Assembly: GCA_035285125.1 (NCBI GenBank)
Contig: JAYKHR010000098.1
Coordinates: 1 to 25,786 of the forward strand
DNA: 25,786 bases
DNA from: Candidatus Sericytochromatia bacterium
Lineage (GTDB): Bacteria; Cyanobacteriota; Sericytochromatia; S15B-MN24; JAQBPE01
Direction: 5' to 3'
Shown piece after piece: positions 10,582-17,058 of this stretch. A program made the position numbers and the translations under genes. Within the stretch, counting starts at the first letter, position 1. Each line of letters begins with the position of its first letter. A model generated the notes under the pieces. It ran no database searches. It worked only from the letters and a program-made list of their open reading frames with translations, and was not told the origin of the DNA.

Positions 10582-10590
10582 AGCGTAGCA
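10582..10590 (-). promoter_or_regulatory. Candidate extended -10 promoter (TGc-TACGCT) for pncB-nadE-pncA
   Basis: Minus strand TGCTACGCT ending 29 nt upstream of the pncB ATG; TCGACG 18 nt upstream of the hexamer is a weak -35. Confidence 0.4.
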
Positions 10591-10656
10591 CCCCCCCTGG
10601 ACGTCCGTCGATTTACACCCGGTGGGCCCGGGGGCAAGGCGCCGCCAGGTCCAGGC

Positions 10657-10685
10657 TTGGCAGCTCGGGGCGGGGCCCTTAGGAT
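10657..10685 (+). promoter_or_regulatory. Candidate sigma70-type promoter for the SMR gene: TTGGCA-17 nt-TAGGAT
   Basis: -35 at 10657-10662, -10 at 10680-10685, 17-nt spacer, ending 32 nt before the ATG at 10718. Confidence 0.55.
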
Positions 10686-10717
10686 GGGCCTGCGTGCAAG
10701 CGCCGAGGGGAGGGACG

Positions 10718-11035
10718 ATGGCCTGGCTGCACCTGGGGCTCGCGGGCTTGCTCGAGGTCGCGTTCGCGCTGTGCTTGCAGGCGAGCGCCGGCTTCACGCG
10801 GCCGGCCTGGGTCGTGGCGACGGCCGTGAGCGGGCTGGCGAGCTTCTACCTGCTCTCGCTCGCGCTGCGCACGCTGCCCGTGGGCACGGCCTACGCCGTC
10901 TGGACCGGCATCGGCGCGGCGGGCGTCGCGTTCGTGGGCCTCGTCGTGAAGGGGGAGCCGGCGACGCCGCTGCGCCTGGCCGCGCTCACGCTCATCGTCG
11001 CCGGGGTGGCGGCGCTGCGGCTGGCCGGCGAGTGA
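10718..11035 (+). CDS. sugE: SMR-family transporter, SugE/Gdx (guanidinium exporter) subtype, 105 aa
   Basis: MAW..LAGLLEV (membrane Glu13), GFTR, SFYLLS, LPVGTAYAVWTGIGA; four hydrophobic helices. True start is the ATG at 10718 (SD GGAGG), not 10622. Confidence 0.88.
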   Translation: MAWLHLGLAGLLEVAFALCLQASAGFTRPAWVVATAVSGLASFYLLSLALRTLPVGTAYAVWTGIGAAGVAFVGLVVKGEPATPLRLAALTLIVAGVAALRLAGE

Positions 11036-11065
11036 GCCGGCCTGCGGACCGCCGCAGCGAGCGGG

Positions 11066-11094
11066 GAGCCCGGCTGGCGATGCCGGCCGGGCTC
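11066..11094. terminator. GC-rich hairpin between convergent sugE and tail-collar genes (possible bidirectional terminator)
   Basis: GAGCCCGGCTGGC-gat-GCCGGCCGGGCTC, 13-bp stem with one G-U pair. A second hairpin CTGCGG-accg-CCGCAG lies at 11042-11057. No U-tract. Confidence 0.45.
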
Positions 11095-11109
11095 AGGTGA
11101 CCGTTGCGA

Positions 11110-11382
11110 TCACCACCGCGACGGGAACCACCCGTTGACGCAGATGGCGTAGCGCATCGGGTTGGCGGGGCCGAAGCCCTTGTGGTAGCCGGGGTTGGCG
11201 GGGTCTCGCATGTCCGGCAGCTTGAAGTTGACGTTGACGGTGCCGCCGTAGCGGTTGCCGATCACGGCGTATAGCGCCACGTTCTCCCTGACCTGCAGGG
11301 TCTGTCCCTCGCACAGCATCCAGCCCCGGGTCGCGTAGTTCTGCGCGACGAGCTTGACCATGCCGATTGTAAACTCTTCCAT
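11110..11382 (-). CDS. Miniature phage tail-collar domain protein 3 (90 aa)
   Basis: IG.V.L...N...GWMLCEGQTL....N.ALYAVIGNRYGG....NFKLPDMR (tail-collar motif) plus C-terminal YAICVNGWFPSR. SD AGGAG. Confidence 0.88.
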   Translation of the reverse strand: MEEFTIGMVKLVAQNYATRGWMLCEGQTLQVRENVALYAVIGNRYGGTVNVNFKLPDMRDPANPGYHKGFGPANPMRYAICVNGWFPSRW

Positions 11383-11403
11383 CGCGTCTCTCCTGCTGAG
11401 CCG

Positions 11404-11688
11404 TCAGGGCCGCATCGGGTAGATCCCGAAGAGGCAGATCACGTAACGGCAGGGGTTGGTGGCCCCGAAGCCCACGTGGTAGCCGGGGTTCTTCGGGTCG
11501 CGCATGTCGGGCAACCGGAAGCTCGCGGAGGTGCCGCCGTAGGCGTTGCCGATCACCGCGTAGAGCGCCTGGTACTGGCCGACTTCGAGGGTCTGCCCCT
11601 CACAGTACGCCCAGCCGCTCGGTGGGTCGGCGCGAAACTGAGCATTGTAGGGGCCCCAGACCGCCACGTCGCCCATGGTCCCTTCCAT
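11404..11688 (-). CDS. Miniature phage tail-collar domain protein 2 (94 aa)
   Basis: PSGWAYCEGQTL...QYQALYAVIGNAYGG...SFRLPDMR; C-terminal YVICLFGIYP. SD AAGGAGGAGGT. Confidence 0.88.
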   Translation of the reverse strand: MEGTMGDVAVWGPYNAQFRADPPSGWAYCEGQTLEVGQYQALYAVIGNAYGGTSASFRLPDMRDPKNPGYHVGFGATNPCRYVICLFGIYPMRP

Positions 11689-11716
11689 CTGACCTCCTCC
11701 TTGGCGAGCCGATCGC

Positions 11717-12010
11717 CTAGTACGCCGGGGTGGGGTAAATACCCTCGACGCAGATGAGGTACTTCATCGGACACGCCGTGCTGAAGCCGGTGTGGTACCC
11801 CGGGTCGGTGTTGGGGTAGCCCCCATAGGTGCGATCGCGCATGTCGGGGAGCTTGAACGTGGTGACCCCATCCCCGCCGTAGGCCGTGCCGAGCAGAGCG
11901 AACAGCGCCGGGTACTGCTGGATTGGCAGGGTCTGGCCCTGGCAGTACAGCCAGCCGGCGGGCTCGAACGTCCCCGTCCACCACACGATGTAGCCCAGGT
12001 AGCCTTCCAT
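11717..12010 (-). CDS. Miniature phage tail-collar domain protein 1 (97 aa)
   Basis: PAGWLYCQGQTLPIQQYPALFALLGTAYGGDGVTTFKLPDMR, the most canonical collar motif of the three; C-terminal YLICVEGIYP. SD GGGAG. Confidence 0.9.
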   Translation of the reverse strand: MEGYLGYIVWWTGTFEPAGWLYCQGQTLPIQQYPALFALLGTAYGGDGVTTFKLPDMRDRTYGGYPNTDPGYHTGFSTACPMKYLICVEGIYPTPAY

Positions 12011-12031
12011 CCGTCGTCTCCCGTCTCGGCG

Positions 12032-12760
12032 TCAAGCGCGTGCGCGCCAGCCCCCGCCCTCGTGGGCGAGCCGCCGCGTGCCGGCGGGCAACGCCGCCAG
12101 CACCGCCCCATCGAGCCCCTGCACGGCGCCGGTGGCGCCATCGAGCACGGCCACCTGCCCCCCGGGCGACGCCGCGAGGGCGCACGGCACGCTGCCGGGC
12201 GCCAGAGCCACCTTCCGCACGGGCCGGGCCCCGCCATCCAGCACGACCACCCGACCGCCTGCGCCATCCAGGGCATGCCAGCCGGCCGGCGTCCAGGCCA
12301 GCGCTTTCAGGCACCCGAGGCCGTGGGCCGCCGCCACCTCCCGCCCGTCGCGGTAGAGCCGGAAGCCTCCGGCGGCGTCCACCACGCCGAGGAGGCCCGC
12401 GTCATCGAGGTCGAGGTCTCGCGCGAGCCGGGAGACGCGGAACGACGCCAGGCAGGCCCCCGTCGCGTCGAAGACCTGCACGCGGCCGTTGCCACGATCC
12501 AGCACGTGGATCCGGCCCGCCGCGTCCACCGCCGCCGCGCAGGGGAAGTTGAGCTCGCCCGGCCCCGCCCCGAGGCGACCGAGCACGACCTCCCGGCCAC
12601 CCGGCCACACCGCCACGACCCGGTGGGCAGCGGGCTCGCAACGAAGCACGGGGCGGTCCGCGCCGAGGGCGGCCCGCGCCGCTTCCGGCAGCGCGAGCAC
12701 CGCCAGCCCCAGCATGGAGGCGCCGGAGAGGCGCAAGAACGACCGACGGTTCATCGACAT
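12032..12760 (-). CDS. Tat-signal NHL-repeat protein (242 aa)
   Basis: Twin-arginine signal MSMNRRSFLRL...PEAARA; NHL blade GAGPGELNFPCAAAVDAAGRIHVLDRGNGRVQVFD followed by degenerate blades. SD GAGGAGG. Confidence 0.82.
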   Translation of the reverse strand: MSMNRRSFLRLSGASMLGLAVLALPEAARAALGADRPVLRCEPAAHRVVAVWPGGREVVLGRLGAGPGELNFPCAAAVDAAGRIHVLDRGNGRVQVFDATGACLASFRVSRLARDLDLDDAGLLGVVDAAGGFRLYRDGREVAAAHGLGCLKALAWTPAGWHALDGAGGRVVVLDGGARPVRKVALAPGSVPCALAASPGGQVAVLDGATGAVQGLDGAVLAALPAGTRRLAHEGGGWRARA

Positions 12761-12772
12761 GGGGCGTCCTCC

Positions 12773-14017
12773 TCAGGGCACCAGCTTGAACGCGCCCTGC
12801 CCGTCGGGGCCCTTCACGGCCACGGGCAAGGGGTGGGACTCGAGGTCGCGCGCGCCGATGCCGAGCTGGCCGTTGCCGTTGGCGCCCCAGGCCCAGACCG
12901 TCCCGTCGGCCTTCGCCGCGAGGCTGAAGCCGTCGCCCGCCGCGATGGCGGCGACCCCAGTCAGGCCCTGGACGGGGGCGGCTTCGAGGCCGAGCGAGCC
13001 CGGCCTGCCCTCGCCGCGGCCAAGCTCGCCAAAGTGGTTGGCGCCCCAGCCCCACACCGTGCCGTCCCGGCGCAGGGCCAGCGCGTGGCCGCCGCCTGCG
13101 GCGATGGCGACCACCTCCGTCAGCCGCTCCATGCGCTTGGGGGAGCGCTCCACGTGGGTGACCGCCAGGACCTCATGGCCGAGCTCGCCGTCGTCGTTGT
13201 CGCCCCAGGTCCACACCTGCCCGTCGCGCGTCAGCGCCATGCTGAACTCGGCCCCGGCGGCGATCGCCGTGACGTCCTTCAGCCCGGGCACCGGCACGGG
13301 CGCCCGGCGGGTCTCACGCGTGCCGTCGCCGAGCTGGCCGTTGTGGTTGCCGCCCCACGCCAGCACCGTGCCGTCCCTTCGCAAGGCCAGCACGTGGTCC
13401 TGGCCGGCGGCAAGCGCCTGCAGCTCGGTGTGGCCGGTGATGGCCGTCGGCACGTGGGGCAAGGCGCGGCTCTCCTCGCCGTCACCGAGGGCCCCGTGCC
13501 GGTCGGTGCCCCAGGCCCAGACCGTGCCGTCCGCCCGCAGCGCGAGCGAGAAGTCCCCCCCGGCCGCGAGGTGCCTGACGCCGTCGAGGCCCGGCACGCG
13601 GTGAGGTGCGAAGCGGTCCTGCCCGTCGGCGTGGCCGAGCTGCCCCGCGTCACCGTCTCCCATGCCGTAGACGGTGCCTTCCCGGGTCAAGATAAGGGCG
13701 TGGGCGCCCAGGCCCTCGCCGCCCGTGCGCTCGCCCGCGGCCACGGCCGAGGCCGCCGGCACGGCCAGCCGCGTCGGCACGAAGCGATCCGCCCCCTCGA
13801 CGCCGAGCTCGCCCTGGTCGTTGTCGCCCCAGGCCCACACGGCGCCGTCGGCCGCCACTGCATAGGCCGCGAGGCCTGCCGTCGTGAGCGAGCCGGCCAG
13901 CACGGGTGGCGCTGAGGCCTGGGGCTGGGTGGACTGCTCGAGGGCCGTGGCGCGGCAACCCACCAGGACAAGCCCGGCGAGCGCGACCCAGGGGCGGCCT
14001 GCGGCACGGGGTGGCAT
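12773..14017 (-). CDS. RCC1/BLIP-II-type seven-bladed beta-propeller lipoprotein (414 aa)
   Basis: Seven repeats of (D/E)GTVWAWGxNxxG(Q/E)LG, most preceded by IAAGxxH/FxLAL. Start moved to the ATG at 14017 (SD GGAGG); lipobox LVGC. Confidence 0.9.
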   Translation of the reverse strand: MPPRAAGRPWVALAGLVLVGCRATALEQSTQPQASAPPVLAGSLTTAGLAAYAVAADGAVWAWGDNDQGELGVEGADRFVPTRLAVPAASAVAAGERTGGEGLGAHALILTREGTVYGMGDGDAGQLGHADGQDRFAPHRVPGLDGVRHLAAGGDFSLALRADGTVWAWGTDRHGALGDGEESRALPHVPTAITGHTELQALAAGQDHVLALRRDGTVLAWGGNHNGQLGDGTRETRRAPVPVPGLKDVTAIAAGAEFSMALTRDGQVWTWGDNDDGELGHEVLAVTHVERSPKRMERLTEVVAIAAGGGHALALRRDGTVWGWGANHFGELGRGEGRPGSLGLEAAPVQGLTGVAAIAAGDGFSLAAKADGTVWAWGANGNGQLGIGARDLESHPLPVAVKGPDGQGAFKLVP

Positions 14018-14145
14018 GGCGGATCCTCCGGGCGCCGAGGGGGGAAGGCTCTTCTTGAACCCTGGCAAGGGTCGGGGCTCACACGCCCGTAACATTTCGT
14101 TGCCTCCTGGCGAGCCACCCGCCGGCCGGGGGGCAACGCGGGGCT

Positions 14146-17019
14146 TCAGCGGGGGCCCTCTTCCAGCGCCTTGAGCTGGGCGGTGCCCGCGTCGATGAAG
14201 TAGACCTGCCCGTCGGGGGCCACGGCCACGGAGATGGGGTTGCGCACCGCGTCGGCCCGGTCCTTGGCGCCGAGCCCTGCGAGCGTCACGGCCCGGCCCT
14301 CCGGCGTGATCTTGCGGAGGCGCCCGTCGAGCGGGGGCAGCTCCACCAGCCCCCCGAGGGCCTGGTTGGCGTGCAGCTGGGCGGCCCGCGTGCCGAGTTC
14401 AGCGACGTATAGCACCCCCTGCGCGTCGCAGGCCAGGCCGAGGGGCAGCAGCAGCGAGGCCTCGCGGGCGGGGACGTCCTGCTCGGCCCCGGCGCTGCCG
14501 TCGAGGGTGCGCACGAGGGTCTGGGCCAGGGGCACGCCCGCGTGGACCGACAGGAGGCCTGCGGCATCAAGACGCAGGATGCGCGTGGCCCCCGGCTCGG
14601 CCAGGTAGAGGTTGCCTGCGGGGTCGTGGCAGAGGGCGGCGATGTCGCCCAGCGCCACCTCGCGGGCGGGCCGGTCCGCCTCGCTGGAAGCGCCGGTCTG
14701 CAGGGGGGCGAACGAGCCCGCCAGCCACGTGAGCGTGCCGTCGGCCTCGAGGCGCCAGACCACCCCGCTGGTGGCCCCCACCGCGGTGCCGCAGTCGGTG
14801 GCGAAGACCGGCCGCCCCTCGCGGTCGACGGTCACGCCACCGATGTCCCGGAAGCTCAGGTCGCGGGCGATCGGCCGCCCGCCGGGCGCCGGGGGCTGCG
14901 TGAGCACGGTCGCCCCGTCACCGGCGAGGACCTCGACGCGCCCGTCGGCGTGCACCTTGCAGAGCCGGGCCGTCCCGTCGCCGTCGACCACGTAGAAGGC
15001 CTCGCCCGCCGCCACCAGGGCCCGCGGTGCGCCGAGGCGTGGGGTGCCCTGTCGGGAGGTGAGCAGGGCCAGGGTCTCCCCCTCCAGCCGTCGCAGGGTG
15101 CCCGCCCCCGCCTCCGTGAGCGTGACGCGTCCGCTGGCATCCACCGCGACGCCAAAGGGCAGGTTCAGGATCGCGTTGCGGGCGAGGGCCTGTGGCTGCG
15201 AGACGCTGCCCTGGGCCACCGTCACGGTGCCGTCTGGCAAGATGGCCCGCACCAGGCCGTTCTGCGTGTCGGCGACGAGCACGGCGCCGTCGGCGCGCAG
15301 TGCGAGCCCCGAGGGCACCGAGAACCGGGCCGTCGCGGCTGGCGTGGGGCCCGGGTCCAGGCCTCGCGGGCCGGCGCCGGCGAGCGTCGTCACCTGGCCC
15401 TCTGCCGTGACCCGCAGCACCTGGTGCCCGTCAGCCGTGCCCGGCCGGCCCACCGAGGCGATCACGGCGCCGTCGGGCAGCGCCAGCAGCCCCGACAGCG
15501 CCGAGGCCGCGAGGCCCTGCGCGATCAGGCGCCAGGGGGCGCCACCCGGCGCCTGGCGCCAGAGCGTGCCCTCGCCCGAGAGCACCCACAGCGCGCCATC
15601 CGGGCCTTCTGCCAGCGCGTCGAGGTCCTGCACCATGGGCGTCTCGCCGAACGGCCCTGGCGTCACGCCGAGGAGCCCGCCCTCGGGGCTCCAGCGCACG
15701 ATCCGGCCGGGCAGCCCCTCTTGCTGGCTGCCCGAGTCGGCGACGAGCAGGGTGCCGTTGCGCCCGGCCGCCAGCGCCGTCGCGTCGACGAGGCGCACGG
15801 CCCGTGGGCCGAGGCCGGCTGCCGCCGGAAGCTTCCCGCCTCCCAGCACCGGCTCGACCTGGCGGCCGTCGGGGGCGAGCCTGTAGACGGTATCGGCGGC
15901 GAGCGACAGCGCGAACAGCGTGTCGCCCAGTCGCGTGAGCTCGCCGAGGTAGAGGGAGCCCAGGCTTCCCTCCGTCGGGCTGCAGGGGCCCACCACGTTC
16001 GTCACGCGGCCGGCCGGGTCGAGGCGGCGCACGATCCCCGTGAAGCGCTCCACGACGTAGGTCGAGCCGTCCGGCCCGAGCGCGAGGGCGATGGGCTGCT
16101 GCAGCGCCGCCCGGCCCTCGGCGTCCCCCTCTCGGAGGCAGCCGTCCACGCCCGCCAGCGTCATCACCCGGCGGACGGCCTCGAACGACGCCGCCAGGGC
16201 CGGCTGCTCGGCGCGCAGGGCGTCCGTGAGGGCGACGAGCTGCTCCGGGCGGTACGCCGGGGCCTTCGTGAGGCTGGCCCTGGCGGCGTCGAGGGCCAGC
16301 CTCAGCTGGCCGACCTCGGCGCGGCCCTGCAGGCGGTCGAGGGCGGCCTGACGGGCCTGGACGTCCTTGAGCAGCGGGCCTAGCACGTAGGTGGCGCCGA
16401 GCGTGGCTGCGGTGTCGATGGGGACCTCCCAGGCGCCGGTCGCTTGGGGCACCGCGAGGGCCGCCAACTCGCCGCCGGTCCAGAGGGGCACGCGCAGCAC
16501 GAGGGTGGCCGATGGCAGCACGGCGTCGATGCGGAAGCCGCCCTGGCCGTCGGAGCGGGCGCCGAGGGGGTTGCCGCGCTCGTCCACCAGCACGCGCCCC
16601 TCGCCGTCCGTGACCAGCACGTCAGCCTCCGCGAGCAGCGCCTCGGGCCGTGGCGTCGGCGCCTGCAGGAGGCTGCGGGCAGGGCCGAGCCCCGCGCCTC
16701 CGTTGCTGACGATGCCGCCGCCCTGGTTAGAGACCAGCACGCCGCCGTTGTTGCTGATGATGCCAGCGCCCTGGTCGGAGAGCAGCTTCACCTTGCCGAT
16801 GAGCTGGGTGGTGGGGCCCACCTGGGGCACGACGCGGGTGAGGGCGCCGGCCGGCAGCGTGGGGTGGGTGGCGCCGCGCGTGGGCGTCGCGCTGGCGGCC
16901 CGGGTGGGGCGCTCCTTGTGGGCGACGGGCCCCGCTGCGGCTGACAGGGCCTGGGGCGAGGCCTGGCAGGCGTGCAAGGCGAGCACCGCGGCGATCAACA
17001 GACGGTAGGGCGTCCTCAT
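14146..17019 (-). CDS. NHL-repeat beta-propeller lipoprotein, paralog P2 (957 aa; type-A trunk, P3/P4-like head)
   Basis: Signal MRTPYRLLIAAVLALHA-C18; SDQ/SNN octamers; NHL blades (ARFSVPSGLALRADGAVLVADTQNGLVR); ends RNPISVAVAPDG..QLK. Confidence 0.87.
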   Translation of the reverse strand: MRTPYRLLIAAVLALHACQASPQALSAAAGPVAHKERPTRAASATPTRGATHPTLPAGALTRVVPQVGPTTQLIGKVKLLSDQGAGIISNNGGVLVSNQGGGIVSNGGAGLGPARSLLQAPTPRPEALLAEADVLVTDGEGRVLVDERGNPLGARSDGQGGFRIDAVLPSATLVLRVPLWTGGELAALAVPQATGAWEVPIDTAATLGATYVLGPLLKDVQARQAALDRLQGRAEVGQLRLALDAARASLTKAPAYRPEQLVALTDALRAEQPALAASFEAVRRVMTLAGVDGCLREGDAEGRAALQQPIALALGPDGSTYVVERFTGIVRRLDPAGRVTNVVGPCSPTEGSLGSLYLGELTRLGDTLFALSLAADTVYRLAPDGRQVEPVLGGGKLPAAAGLGPRAVRLVDATALAAGRNGTLLVADSGSQQEGLPGRIVRWSPEGGLLGVTPGPFGETPMVQDLDALAEGPDGALWVLSGEGTLWRQAPGGAPWRLIAQGLAASALSGLLALPDGAVIASVGRPGTADGHQVLRVTAEGQVTTLAGAGPRGLDPGPTPAATARFSVPSGLALRADGAVLVADTQNGLVRAILPDGTVTVAQGSVSQPQALARNAILNLPFGVAVDASGRVTLTEAGAGTLRRLEGETLALLTSRQGTPRLGAPRALVAAGEAFYVVDGDGTARLCKVHADGRVEVLAGDGATVLTQPPAPGGRPIARDLSFRDIGGVTVDREGRPVFATDCGTAVGATSGVVWRLEADGTLTWLAGSFAPLQTGASSEADRPAREVALGDIAALCHDPAGNLYLAEPGATRILRLDAAGLLSVHAGVPLAQTLVRTLDGSAGAEQDVPAREASLLLPLGLACDAQGVLYVAELGTRAAQLHANQALGGLVELPPLDGRLRKITPEGRAVTLAGLGAKDRADAVRNPISVAVAPDGQVYFIDAGTAQLKALEEGPR
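16690..16785 (-). repeat. Four in-frame octapeptide units in P2: LLSDQGAG IISNNGGV LVSNQGGG IVSNGGAG
   Basis: Read directly from the translation; same position (after GKVK) as in P1. Confidence 0.85.
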
Positions 17020-17058
17020 GTCAGCACCGTACCCTGCCGGGCCGGGGCGGTCACCGGG

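Noticed and set aside
10596..10655. NrtR operator or NAD riboswitch upstream of pncB (CCTGGAC...GTCCAGG inverted repeat; GTcgatttAC)
   Set aside because: Spacing does not fit the GT-N7-AC NrtR core; 7-bp arms 46 nt apart are unremarkable at this GC content; the predicted pncB leader is too short for a riboswitch.
11042..11094. Twin hairpins as a guanidine-II (mini-ykkC) riboswitch
   Set aside because: They lie downstream of sugE and the loops (ACCG, GAT) are not ACGR.
11110..12010. Prophage, tailocin or eCIS remnant
   Set aside because: No other phage or contractile-system genes, integrase or att-like sites in the window; the three genes are intact with SDs and sit in an operon with exported host-type proteins.
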